A DNA stretch of 63,504 nt, the filler included, from Stramenopiles sp. TOSAG23-3 (taxonomy: Eukaryota): the NCBI GenBank assembly GCA_900128585.1. It is 9 parts of 9 records of this genome, joined end to end, with 100 filler letters (N's around TTAATTAATTAA, not from the genome) between each part and the next. Parts side by side here need not be neighbours in the genome. Positions count along the whole stretch, not along the records: positions 1 to 7,707 come from LT643112.1; positions 7,808 to 15,508 come from LT643113.1; 7 more parts are not named here. One strand, 5' to 3'. The notes beneath the pieces were generated by a model that saw only the letters and a program-made list of their open reading frames with translations, ran no database searches and was not told where the DNA came from. Made by a program: the position numbers and the translations under genes. Positions 1 to 10,802 of this stretch are shown piece after piece; position 1 is the stretch's first letter, and each line of letters begins with the position of its first letter.

Positions 1-1
1 A

Positions 2-69
<68 letters not shown>

Positions 70-70
70 A
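1..70. repeat. (AAAG)n microsatellite
   Basis: Perfect AAAG tandem array at window start. Confidence 0.95.
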
Positions 71-543
71 ATATTATATGCTATGTGTATGTAAATAATT
101 ATAGGTGGCTTCTTCTTCTCTTTCTTTCTTTTTTTCCAGCCCATACTGTGTAGTATAAGTATAAGTAATATGATGTCAAAAGAAGAAGAAGAAGAAGAAG
201 AAGAAGAGAAGGAAGTGTTGAATTTATTTATTATATCTCTTTAACTACTATATTTTGTATACTCTATTTAAACACTTTTCAATATTATTTAAAAAATTTA
301 TAACGAACGTTTATTTCATATTTTTTAAATAAGAGTATATATATTTGAATATTTGATTTAGATTTAGGTTTAGATTTAGATTTAGACAAAGTTAATGTTT
401 GGTTCTTGCTTTCAGTTTTCTTTGTTTCTTTGCTTACTTTTTTCCTCTTCCGACCACCTTCATTTTTCATCACAGGAGACTGACACGTAACGAACCAACG
501 AACGAACGAACGGACGGACGGACGAAAAACACTCGTAGTCAGG

Positions 544-3075
544 ATGGAACTCACGCTCACGCCAAACGAACTGTATCAAGTGAATTCGATACGGGGGAGG
601 AACACCCTGTGCGTTTTGCCAAAGGGAAAACACAAGTCGAACCGTTTGGTGGTCGGGGACTCGTCGGGAGTGACCACATGCCTGAGCGTGAAACGCGGGA
701 GCACGAAGCGGGAATGGGCCCATGGGGAGAAAAAGAATTCCGAGGATGCCGGGTTGCCCCAGATCTCGTCGATGTGCTTGGGGGGGTCAAAGTACGACAA
801 AATATTCATCTCCAGGATGACCAACGTGGAAGGGATAACCCGGAAAGGGAAGCAATTTTTTGAAATGAACACGAACATGACGGACAACATCGCCAACGTC
901 GCCGTCAAGGACACGAAGCTGTTCGTTACCGGGAGCTACACGTACAACGTTTTTGACAACCAGAAGGAGGTGGCGCACGTCATGACCCCTGCGCCGATCG
1001 GGTCCATGTGCCTGGCCCCGTCGAACACGCGGTCTAGTGGGATCCGGACGCTGCTGGGGTGCTCGGACCGAATGGTCCGCGTCGTGCACGGGGACCCGAG
1101 TGTCTCCCGAATCATGGAGGAGGTGCCGTTGGACGGGGCCGTCAACTCGCTCTGCCGGTGCAGGGAGGGCGGCGAGGACGAGGGCGCGGAGGCGGTGAAC
1201 GTGGTGTACGGTACGGACAAGGGCAGCTTCGGCCTGCTGGTCCTCCCCAAGAGCAAGTCGCCCTTGGTCGCGGCGGTCGGCGGCGGGGAACGCCCACGCC
1301 TTGGGGAGAAGAGGGAAAAAAAGGACGTCGGGGGCGACGGCGAGGGGAAAGACGCGGGGGGATCCCCCGAGGGCAAGACCGGCGGGTCCTCGAAAGAGAA
1401 CGGCGACGACGGGGAGCGCGACTGGGGGGAGGGGGGCATGGACAACATGGTCGTTGCCTCGGAGTCCACGTGCCGCCGGGGGTGGTCGATCGGGTCGGCG
1501 GGCCAGGGGAGCAAGCGCAAGGCGTCCATAAACGCGCTCGCCTCGTTCGACATAACGAGCGACGGGGTCGCAGACGTCATCGTGGGACGGAACGACGGGA
1601 TGCTGGAAGTGTACGGGTTTGACATGGGGGGGGACCGCCCGAAGCACCAGTTCGAGGCCAACGTGAACGAGAGCATCCGGGCGCTGGGCGTCGGGGAGGT
1701 GTCGAACGCGGGGTACAACGAGATCGTGGCATCCTCGTTCTCCGGGCGGGTGATCGGGTACACGACGGAGAGCCTGCAGGAGAAAGAGGCCGCGGACAAG
1801 TACGGCCGGACGAAGGGGCAGGTGCGCCGGGAAGTCCAGGTTTCCGAGATGAAGAACGACATAGAGTCCTTGAAGAAGCAGGTGAACACGGAGACGAAGA
1901 CCCTGCTGAAGGCGCTGGAGAAGGGCGACAAGGACAAGTCCCAGAAGGGGCGAAAGAGCATTTTCGGGGGTGGCGGGAAGGGCGGCAAGTCGGGCGGCGG
2001 GAGCGGCGACCAGGCCAGCAGCTACTTGTTCACGTCCGATTTCGACGTGAACCACCAGTTTACCCTGGTCCCAGAGGAGGCCTTGTACACCCTGACCATC
2101 GAACTGCCCATCCCGATGGAAAGCCTCGTCCTTCACGCGGACGTGAACGTGGGCGTCTTCAGCGACCCGTCGAGCTCGGCCGTCGTGAACGTGACCCCTG
2201 GGAAGCGCCTCCTGGCGTCCATCCGGATCCCCCAGGACGACGGGCCGCAGCACCGGACGCAGGTAAAGATCCGGGCCGTCGAGGGTCAGCACGGGACCCT
2301 GTCCGCGTTCATCCTTGCGCGGACGGGGTCGGAGAACGTCGACCGGTCCGCGATGGAGATCAAGATTCCCATAAAGCCTCTGTCCCTGCACTCGAGGATC
2401 CACAAGCTGCCGGAGGGCCGCCCCATGAGCCACGTCAAGATATCCGGGTCGTTCTCCATGGGCCAGGCGCACCAGTGGGTCCTGAACGCCCTCCCCGAGG
2501 TCCCAGAGATGGCCCAAGGGGAGTCTGCCTACTTCATCTACGAGAGCACCTTCGTCGGGACGGTCCTGACAGTGAACTACACGGCGGGGGAGGTCGTCAT
2601 GATGAGCGACAACGTGTCCTCCCTGGCCATCCTCAAGGAGACGATCACGAAGGACGCCAACTCCCGAAGCCTTCGCATATCCGTGTCCTCAAAGATCCAG
2701 GAGAACGTGGCCGAGCACGTCCTGAAACTGATCGAACCCAAGCTGCACAAGCAGTTCGACCTGAGCAACCGCTTCAAGCTCCTGGGGGCGCTGGAGGAGA
2801 TCACGAACGGCCAGAGCGACTACAGCTACCTCCAAGAGCGGTACCGGGAAATTTTAGAGAAGAAGCAGGAGCTGGCCCGAGAGGTCAAGGAGAGCCCAAA
2901 GCAGCTGGAGGCCCTGTTCGGCGTAATCACCGACCTTTTCATAGACAAACACATGTTCGATGGCCGGCGACTCCAGCATCTCTTGCCTGACCTTACCAAA
3001 CTCTTACAACGGTACGACGAGAACCGTGAACAGATCCTTCATTTTATCGATACCGCGGGGGGGCAAAAGCAGTAA
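544..3075 (+). CDS. BBS7: Bardet-Biedl syndrome 7 protein (BBSome subunit)
   Basis: 843-aa intronless ORF with GC3-rich codons. N-terminus MELTLTPNELYQV..LVVGDSSGVTTC, propeller motif FDITSDGVADVIVGRNDGMLEVY, and GAE/platform motifs KIRAVEGQHGTL, IKPLSLHSRIH, SDNVSSLAILKETITK, GVITDLFIDK all match BBS7. Contains Gly/acidic low-complexity inserts. Confidence 0.92.
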   Translation: MELTLTPNELYQVNSIRGRNTLCVLPKGKHKSNRLVVGDSSGVTTCLSVKRGSTKREWAHGEKKNSEDAGLPQISSMCLGGSKYDKIFISRMTNVEGITRKGKQFFEMNTNMTDNIANVAVKDTKLFVTGSYTYNVFDNQKEVAHVMTPAPIGSMCLAPSNTRSSGIRTLLGCSDRMVRVVHGDPSVSRIMEEVPLDGAVNSLCRCREGGEDEGAEAVNVVYGTDKGSFGLLVLPKSKSPLVAAVGGGERPRLGEKREKKDVGGDGEGKDAGGSPEGKTGGSSKENGDDGERDWGEGGMDNMVVASESTCRRGWSIGSAGQGSKRKASINALASFDITSDGVADVIVGRNDGMLEVYGFDMGGDRPKHQFEANVNESIRALGVGEVSNAGYNEIVASSFSGRVIGYTTESLQEKEAADKYGRTKGQVRREVQVSEMKNDIESLKKQVNTETKTLLKALEKGDKDKSQKGRKSIFGGGGKGGKSGGGSGDQASSYLFTSDFDVNHQFTLVPEEALYTLTIELPIPMESLVLHADVNVGVFSDPSSSAVVNVTPGKRLLASIRIPQDDGPQHRTQVKIRAVEGQHGTLSAFILARTGSENVDRSAMEIKIPIKPLSLHSRIHKLPEGRPMSHVKISGSFSMGQAHQWVLNALPEVPEMAQGESAYFIYESTFVGTVLTVNYTAGEVVMMSDNVSSLAILKETITKDANSRSLRISVSSKIQENVAEHVLKLIEPKLHKQFDLSNRFKLLGALEEITNGQSDYSYLQERYREILEKKQELAREVKESPKQLEALFGVITDLFIDKHMFDGRRLQHLLPDLTKLLQRYDENREQILHFIDTAGGQKQ

Positions 3076-3613
3076 TTAAAAAAAAAAAGTAAAAAGAACA
3101 GAAAACAGAAAAGCTCGTTCGTTCCTTCCTTTTGGTCTATTCCCTATATTATATATATAATAAAACCTTAATAAATAAAACCTTAATATAAAGTCAGTTC
3201 AAAATGGCAAAATCACGTACGTCGTCGTGTCGTCGTCGCGTCGAGTGTCCGTCCGTGCGTGACGTGATCTTCTTCTTCTTCAATAATAATATTATTATGT
3301 AATAAATAATACATGTAATAAATAATGTTAGACTAATTATCTCAGTTGTTTGGCAACTAAATGTTTCCATTCTTTATGTATGTAAACGACATGTTGTACG
3401 GGATGGTATGTTCGATGTTTGTTTGTTTTCTTTGTTTGTTTGGTTTTCTTTCGTCTTTTAAAATTGGTTTGAAAGAAAATTAACTTACTTTACGTAATCC
3501 ACCAAAGAACCTATATCTCTGTTTCTTCCTGGCTTGATTGTGTTGGTTTCTATTACTTCTGCAGAGTAGCAGAGCAGCAGCAGTGCACTGTTGTTGAACT
3601 GTAAAATACAACC

Positions 3614-4396
3614 ATGAAATCTTCTTTTATCTTCCTGCTCTGTGTCCTGGTGAACGTCATCGTCTGCTCCAATGCACGAAGAAACCTTCGTCAAAGGCGT
3701 TTGGTTGCGGTGCATGGAAATTGGTGCGGTCCCTGGTGGACGGGGGGGCAGCAATTGACCTCGAAGGAGTTCTTCAACGGAGGGTTTGACGACGTGCCCT
3801 GCCTGGACGAGGTGGACTGCGCGTGCAAGCTTCACGACCGAGCGTGCTCGAATCCTTTGGGCTGTTCGAGACAGTCTGACGAAGAGTTTATCGTTCACAT
3901 GGACGAATTTCTCGATAACACTCCCTGGTACAAGGAAGTGCATCTCCGGGAGAAGGCAAAGTTCATGAAGTCGGTGATCTTCCGTGCCAAATATGGCCGA
4001 AAGCACCGTCGTCTCAGTGCGAGGCGGTTGGGCATGTTCGATGAGCCCCCAAAATACAACAGCGGGTTAGTCCAAAGGGTGCACGGAAACTGGTGCGGGC
4101 CAGGGTGGATTGGGGGGCAATATTTAGATGGCTATAAATACGTAGACATGGGTGGGGATTTCTCGGAGGCTTGCATCGATCGATTGGATTGCGCTTGCAA
4201 AATCCACGACCGTGTGTGTGCCACAGGCAAACATGGCTGTTCCCGTCAGGGCGACGCCACCTTCCTCAAAAGCATGAAGGAATTCATTGAACGCAACTCC
4301 AAGTCTGATCTCCCAGAAGTAAAAGACCTTGTCAAAAAGGCAAAGTACATGCAGTTTTGGATCTCCTTGGTGAAATGGAGTAGAAACCACCCGTGA
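3614..4396 (+). CDS. Secreted phospholipase A2-like protein with two tandem PLA2 domains
   Basis: Signal peptide MKSSFIFLLCVLVNVIVCS. Two copies of HGNWCGP (Ca-binding loop) followed by C.D..DCACK.HDR.C (catalytic His-Asp). Confidence 0.85.
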   Translation: MKSSFIFLLCVLVNVIVCSNARRNLRQRRLVAVHGNWCGPWWTGGQQLTSKEFFNGGFDDVPCLDEVDCACKLHDRACSNPLGCSRQSDEEFIVHMDEFLDNTPWYKEVHLREKAKFMKSVIFRAKYGRKHRRLSARRLGMFDEPPKYNSGLVQRVHGNWCGPGWIGGQYLDGYKYVDMGGDFSEACIDRLDCACKIHDRVCATGKHGCSRQGDATFLKSMKEFIERNSKSDLPEVKDLVKKAKYMQFWISLVKWSRNHP

Positions 4397-4781
4397 AATA
4401 AATGTAAATATCATAGTAGTATAATTTGAGAGTCTTAAAACATACTATGTTATATAATTTGTTTTTTTTGTATAATTTAATCAAAAATTTTATTATTAAT
4501 ATGTTTATGTGTTTTTTTAAAATTCATATAACCGCGGGAGGATAGTAGAGTAATAAATTTAGGCCGCACACATCAACGGTACTAGTATCAGAATATTTTT
4601 TCGTATTCTGGAACAAGGAGGAGTTTGGGTTCTTGAACTTGGTTTTACCTTCTTTTTTTTTTTGGAGCGTCTGAAAACATACTATAGATAATACTTAATT
4701 TGTTTTTTTTATATGACTCTTATACTTCTTACACTCAATTTTTTATATTTTGGTCTTGTTTGGAGATGTTGGGCTCTTCTA

Positions 4782-5555
4782 CTACACTTGCTTCACACTC
4801 AAAAGAGGCAGCCCCACCTTCGCTTCCAGATCAAACTGGGAGAAATACTTGTAGATAAAGTAAAAGGAGACGGAGTTGAGAACGTGCCAGACTGCATGGC
4901 CTTGAACGTAATGGTTCTTTGGGTTGCACCACTTTCCGGTCAGGTCGGCGACGGAGCATACTGCCGCGACGACCAGGAAGACGATGCAGTAGACAAAACT
5001 ACTCCGGTCCACGCCGTCGTGCCGGCCTCGCTGCATCCAGTAAATTGTCAGCTCCAAGCCCAGGGACAAAAGTATGTTGACCAGCATTATCAGCTGGATA
5101 TGAATCCGGTAGTGCTCTGCAATCAGAGTCAGCACACACTCTCCTATAACTGCCGTCAACGCCACCAAGTACTGCCTGTCCCTTTGAAACAAGTTCAACC
5201 TTCTGGCGCTCAAGGCAATGGGAACAGCGATGTAAATGTACATCCCAAGGAAATCGGCGTATTGGAAGAAGTGCGTGTAGGACGCATGGTACAGCAGGCT
5301 GCCAAGTCCGCACAAAATCGCGGCAACGCCCATGACGCGCACCGTCGTTCCCTGCTTTCCTGATCTTTTCGTGTACGTCCGAGCGCCGTGGGTGCAGATG
5401 TACAATCCAACAACAACGAATGCAAGGTTCGACCAGGTGTTTGCGGGCGCAGTAACTATTGAGCACAGGTTCTCTTCGCACCACTTTACGTTTGGCCTGT
5501 CCCACGTTGCCCACGGGCATCCAGGGAGCAACGCGGTCACCGGGTGGCGAGGCAT
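4782..5555 (-). CDS. Alkaline ceramidase-like (CREST superfamily) membrane hydrolase
   Basis: WCEEN..NTWSNLAF, SLLYHAS..D and GHAVWHVL motifs; about 7 hydrophobic helices; first in-frame ATG at 5555. Confidence 0.85.
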   Translation of the reverse strand: MPRHPVTALLPGCPWATWDRPNVKWCEENLCSIVTAPANTWSNLAFVVVGLYICTHGARTYTKRSGKQGTTVRVMGVAAILCGLGSLLYHASYTHFFQYADFLGMYIYIAVPIALSARRLNLFQRDRQYLVALTAVIGECVLTLIAEHYRIHIQLIMLVNILLSLGLELTIYWMQRGRHDGVDRSSFVYCIVFLVVAAVCSVADLTGKWCNPKNHYVQGHAVWHVLNSVSFYFIYKYFSQFDLEAKVGLPLLSVKQV

Positions 5556-6026
5556 CCCTTCACAGCCCAATGGGAGAAAAACTACGTGAACGCCCCGCCA
5601 CTTGCAAAGTTGTTCAAGTTAAATTGCGAAGCCGAAACACGATCCGAGTCGGCACCTTTGAGGAAAGTTTTAAACTCCGGCGACGTTACCAAGTAAATCA
5701 TTTCAGTTGAAGAAGAGTGTGGTTCGTTTGAAAGTATTGTTTTAGTTTTTGGAAAGGAAACCCGTTTAACAATTCTTTTTTGTTGTTATTATTAGTAAAG
5801 TTTAAAACGCGACAAAGATAGTCAATTAAATTGTTCAGTCTCTATGTTTTCAAGGCAGTCACCTAATTCAGTATTTAATTCAATTTTTCTTCTTGAAATG
5901 ATTATTAATTAGTCGTCATCTCAGTCTATCTAAATATAATAATATTTGAATTTAAATATTATTAATACCACCACAACAAACCACAAAGTAGTATTAATAT
6001 ATAAATAATAAAAGAGTTTCTGGCAA

Positions 6027-6094
6027 AAGAAGAGAAGAAGAGAAAAGAAGAAGAAAGAGAAGAAGAAGAAGAAGAAGAAGAAGAAGAAGAAGAA

Positions 6095-6126
<32 letters not shown>

Positions 6127-6161
6127 AGAAGAAAGAAGAAGAAGAAGAAGAAGAAGAAAAA

Positions 6162-6223
<62 letters not shown>

Positions 6224-6365
6224 AGAAGAAGAGGAAGAGGAAGAGGAAGAGGAAGAAGAAGAGGAAGAGGAAGAAGAAGAGGAAGAAAAAGAAAAAAGAA
6301 GAAGAAGAGGAAGAGGAAGAAAAAAGAAGAAGAAGAAGAAGAAGAAGAAGAAAGAAGAAGAAGAA
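6027..6365. repeat. (GAA)n/(GAG)n polypurine microsatellite
   Basis: About 340 bp imperfect GAA array. Confidence 0.95.
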
Positions 6366-6558
6366 AGTTTCCATACGAGGCCATACCTTGGTAGCAGTGT
6401 TGTCCTACAAAATATGTTATTTTTATCCTACTTAGTTCTTTTGTCAATCCGTCCGTCTTTCTTCCTTCTTCTTCTTCTTTTCTTGTTCTTCTCTTCTTTT
6501 CTCTTCCTCTATCATCTCCCCCCCTCTTCTTTTTTCCTTTCTTTTTTCCTTTCTTTTT

Positions 6559-7524
6559 TCACAACCTCGCACCGATCGGTTTTCTTGCCGTAAAGCAAAA
6601 CAGGCGATTGTCCGTCGTTGCTTTTGACCAGTCGCCAACGTGTTCTTGGACCGACAAGACCTTGCCGTCGCCCCCCAAAATTCCTTTGTCTTCTACCCCC
6701 TCAAAACCCGCCCCCTGCAAGGCAGAAACTGGTTCAAAGTCCAGCCACTGTTCCTTCCAAGGCTCGTAAAACCCTCTAAACGTGAACAGGTCCGACTGCG
6801 GGGTGTCCGCGAGGACAATGGTCCCGCCCGGCTTGAGGATCCGCAACGCTTCCTTCAAAATGTTCCGCTTCGCCCCGTTTTCGCACTCGTGCAAAACGAG
6901 GCAAATCGTCACCGCATCGATGGAGTTCGATGCGATCCCGGTCTTCTCCGCAAGCAGGTGGCGAAATTCTAAGTTTGGGCAGTCCCGGTTCTGACGACGC
7001 CCAACGATGATCATAAAGGGGGACGCATCGATCCCGATCACCTTTGCGCCCGGCAAATAACGCGCCGTGCTCGCCGCGCCGTCCCCGTCTCCGGTCCCAA
7101 CGTCCACCACGGTCATCGCGCTCCTGGGGACGTACATGGACAAAATTTTTCGTAGCCCCATGCAAGAGTTCCGGTGAGCGTCCTTGTAAATCGCCTGCAT
7201 CGCCTCCCGGTTCACCGTCGCGGCCCGCTTCGACAGCCAGCCACCAGGGACGGAGTGGAACGGTTGACGGTAGTAGTCCGGGTACGGCAGGTCGCCGAAG
7301 CCTTGCAGCTCGGTCTCCCAGTCGATTGGGGTGTCGCCAAAGCTGGTAGGGGACTCCCTCTGAATCTCTGCTATTCTTTTCCTTACAATAACCGTCCGGC
7401 GGGCTGACGCGTTGTGCTTTACCATTTCCGACACTTCCTTTGCCACGATCGTAAAGTGCTTCTCCGGCGGAAGCAACGCCGTCGGCACGCTCTTCCAATC
7501 CCCACGGGGAACTTTTCCTGCCAT
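6559..7524 (-). CDS. Class I SAM-dependent methyltransferase
   Basis: VVDVGTGDG motif I, VIGIDASPFMI, ILKPGGTIVLAD; YPDYYRQPFH N-terminal motif. Confidence 0.88.
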   Translation of the reverse strand: MAGKVPRGDWKSVPTALLPPEKHFTIVAKEVSEMVKHNASARRTVIVRKRIAEIQRESPTSFGDTPIDWETELQGFGDLPYPDYYRQPFHSVPGGWLSKRAATVNREAMQAIYKDAHRNSCMGLRKILSMYVPRSAMTVVDVGTGDGDGAASTARYLPGAKVIGIDASPFMIIVGRRQNRDCPNLEFRHLLAEKTGIASNSIDAVTICLVLHECENGAKRNILKEALRILKPGGTIVLADTPQSDLFTFRGFYEPWKEQWLDFEPVSALQGAGFEGVEDKGILGGDGKVLSVQEHVGDWSKATTDNRLFCFTARKPIGARL

Positions 7525-7707
7525 TTACTGCTTTAAATGACTTATTAGGAAACGATAAGGAGTGAACAAGGAAGAAAAAGAGTCGAGCTTATTTCTGATA
7601 TAAAGGTGAGGGGAACAGATGCTTTTTCTTAAATAACGTTTCTTTTTTTTAATTGAATGAATTGATCGTATATTAATTCTTCTTCTTTATACATGTAACA
7701 TAATTAT

Positions 7708-7807
7708 NNNNNNNNNNNNNNNNNNNNNNNNNNNNNNNNNNNNNNNNNNNNTTAATTAATTAANNNNNNNNNNNNNNNNNNNNNNNNNNNNNNNNNNNNN
7801 NNNNNNN
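7708..7807. other. Artificial contig linker N44-TTAATTAATTAA-N44
   Basis: Six-frame stop spacer. Identical 100-bp linkers at 15509-15608, 23308-23407, 31100-31199, 38890-38989, 46677-46776, 54463-54562 and 62230-62329. Confidence 0.98.
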
Positions 7808-8145
7808 ACAGCATTTTTTGTCAGCTACGAACAGATTCGGTCCGCGGTAAACAATGTGGCGTAAATCGTAACCCTCTTTTGTATTTTCTTAAAAAAAGAA
7901 AAAATCACCACACTGGTAATTCAGTTTGCGCATTTTTTGAAAAGGTGCGATAGAGAAGATTATTTATAAAACTAATTTTTAAGAATGCTTTGTTTTTTAA
8001 GAATGCTTAATTTGCTTTGTTCTTAGGTCTATTAAAAAGTTAAGAGACGTGTTCTTTTTTACGAAAAGGGGGCTCTTATCTTCAGTCGTTGTCGAAGGTG
8101 GCTCCAACATGAACATCCACGGCTTCGCTCCACTCCCTTCGTCCG

Positions 8146-10441
8146 TCACAACTCCTCGCAGTATTCCTGCAGCAGCTCTTCCGACGAGAGAAGGTCCTTC
8201 AGGGCTAATTCCCGCCTTGGTGTGCCAGCTTCGGTCTTTGTGTCGGGCGCTGCGTATGCCATGAGATCCATCGCCGCTTGAGCCGGCCGTGCGCTGTCCA
8301 ACAGTTCGAAAATGTTCTCAGCTTCCTTCATATCGAGCAACTTATCTTCGTTCACATCGCCGACGCGAAATATATATAGGACCTTGTAGAGGCAGGACCA
8401 AAGGCCGTGGTGGACTACCGTCTTCCACCCGTACCTTGCTTTGTGAACGTTGTACGCTTCTTTGAGAACAATTTCGTCGTCTCCAAATTCTGCAACGGCG
8501 ATCGGAAATTGGCTTTCAAACGATCTAGACTTTGCGTCCGGGGCAAGCATTGTATCTCTAACCCACCTAAATATCGTTTGACGGTAGGAATCTGGAAGCA
8601 GGGTTATGGCCAACTCGGAAGCCATCGCCTTGGTGCTCCAGACTGAGTCCAAACTGTCCGAGGACAGGTCAGAAACTTCACACGAGGTATGCACTTCCTT
8701 GTAATAGTCCACCTTGTAATAGGACATTAGCGCCTTGCAGTTCGAGCGAATGCACGTTCTGTACTGCCGTGGCGACAAACCGTTGCAGTTTTGCACGGCC
8801 CCCCAAGTGCGTGCCGGTCCACAGCTTGCGAGACCAGTGCCCCTTTTCGCGCAGCGCCTCGTACGAGTCGAACTTGTAGCTGCGCACAACCGCCGAGACG
8901 TACTTCGGTGGTCTTCCATCGTACTTTAGGAATGGGTCTTCGCGAAAGAAGAAGGAAGCATGGGGGCTTCCTATCAAAATCAGGTTCGAAAATTTTAAAA
9001 ACCAAGCGTTCGCCGCGTTGTAGAACGGGTTACTTGGCTGTATCGAGTGAAACTGGACCCTTGTGCCTTCGTAAAATGCGGCGTGGTCCAGTCGTGGCAT
9101 CCACGGTGCAAAGAAGAGTGGGAATGAAGTCTCGTTCTGAATGGAAAATTTAAGGTGGTGCTCGTTCCACTCCAGTCCGTCCATAGAGCTCCGAAAGACA
9201 AGAGCCACGTGGCCCTCGTGCGTGAACGTGTCGTGAAAGATGCCACCGTACTGGTTCACGATGCGCCACGGGTGCAGGGCACGCAAGGTTGTCACCAAGG
9301 CTGCGGGCATCTTCGTCTCCGCGTTGGCGTCGTACATCCAATTCGCATTTCCAAGGTAGGCCAGGCCACCGGGCTCTAAGATGCGGAGCAAAAAACATGC
9401 CCCCATCAGCGCGTGCGACAATAGGACAGCATTTCCCGTGTGCTCCGCCACACTGTACCTTTGTAGGGTATCGGCCATGCGCTGCCTGCCCTTTGCCGTC
9501 TCGCCCTCGGTGTTCCCCGTCGCGTCCGTGCCCTCCCCCCCATCGGCTGGCCCTGCTGTCAAAAACACGGAGTCCGTGAGCAACGGGATCATCAACACGA
9601 CGGTGACCACTTGAAACGTCGCGTAATTTCCCGCAAGCTGAATGGCGAGCATCAAAATAGCCTGCAACACGGCAGACCAAAACTGCCATCTCGCCGAACC
9701 GAAGATCCAGAGTGGAACGATCAATTCAATGAACCATGTCCCCAACGTGCTGACCTTGTGAAACCCCATCGGCATCTTGGTCAAAACCCACGACAATGCC
9801 GTGGGTAATGGTTGCTCTGTCTCATAAAATCGCTGCAAAAATGTCATGTCTGCCCAGGCCTTTTCTCCGTTGACTATGGGCAATTTCTCTACGCCCATTG
9901 CCCACATGAAGCGAAACAACAAAAAATGCGTGGCAAGCAGGGCAGCGTGCGACGGCTCGCGCCGGGCGCCCCAGCTTTCCCAGAAAGGTTTTGCGCTAGG
10001 GTAAAACAAAGCAATGAACATTGCTTCAATCAACAAAAAATCCCAAGGAAATTGGCAGAAATCGCCGCCAACGACAATTATCGATACTAACATCAACGCT
10101 GCCGCACTCGAGAGGGTTTTACCAGCCCCCCCCCCCACTATTGCCGCCACCAACGCGAGCACGGCGCCCCCATAGCTGAGGAAGTGCAGGGCCAAGTCGG
10201 AGGTACCGATAAACCAGCAAGCTGTCGGAAACAGAAAGAACCGGTTCGACATAGGGCCTGGAACTGTCGATTCGACTTGCTTTAACAGCGCAGAGGCCGG
10301 GAGAATACCGTCATTCCCCAAAAGTGGCACTATTTGGTACCCCAAACACCCCAAAACAAACGACAGGGTAAGCCACAGCGAACGCAAATAGACGCCCGTC
10401 ACGAATACCCGCGACGAGGGTGCTCTCGTTTCTGCACGCAT
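8146..10441 (-). CDS. Lipase maturation factor (LMF) family membrane protein, apparent 1-nt frameshift near 8799-8804
   Basis: GILPA, FPWDFLLIE, LLFRFMW..G.EK, YETEQPLPT, IQLAGNY and APWMPRLD motifs. ORF 8678-10456 and ORF 8146-8919 join (HLG/AVQNC) if the G6 run is G5. ATG at 10441. Confidence 0.8.
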
Positions 10442-10594
10442 TGCAGGATCAACCAACAGAAGAAGAAGAAAAGCTCTACTATAACGCTTTTACAATCTTA
10501 CGCTGACGTTCTGATCGTCGCTGTTTTCGTTCACACACTCTACTGTATTTAAAATATTTGAATTTTGTAAACACAATATTATATAATAATGTAT

Positions 10595-10749
10595 NNNNNN
10601 NNNNNNNNNNNNNNNNNNNNNNNNNNNNNNNNNNNNNNNNNNNNNNNNNNNNNNNNNNNNNNNNNNNNNNNNNNNNNNNNNNNNNNNNNNNNNNNNNNNN
10701 NNNNNNNNNNNNNNNNNNNNNNNNNNNNNNNNNNNNNNNNNNNNNNNNN
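10595..10749. other. Intra-scaffold gap (155 N)
   Basis: N run without the TTAATTAATTAA spacer. Confidence 0.95.
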
Positions 10750-10802
10750 CCAGCGCGGGCCAAATTGAAGATAGAAGAAGAAAAAAAAACAAGGCCACCC
10801 CG

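Noticed and set aside
351-387. (TTTAGA)n telomere-like repeat
   Set aside because: Only about 5 degenerate internal units; not a terminal array.
787-2517. 576-aa antisense ORF over BBS7 (also 42685-44802 and 41028-42212)
   Set aside because: Shadow ORFs caused by GC3-rich codon usage on the sense strand; no protein-like motifs.
5962-6447. Poly-Leu/Phe/Ser ORFs (also near 21696, 23142, 40135-40494)
   Set aside because: Translations of (GAA/CTT)n microsatellites.
7752-7763. TTAATTAATTAA palindromes recurring every ~7.7 kb
   Set aside because: Artificial six-frame-stop linkers inside N runs; the periodicity reflects size-sorted contigs.
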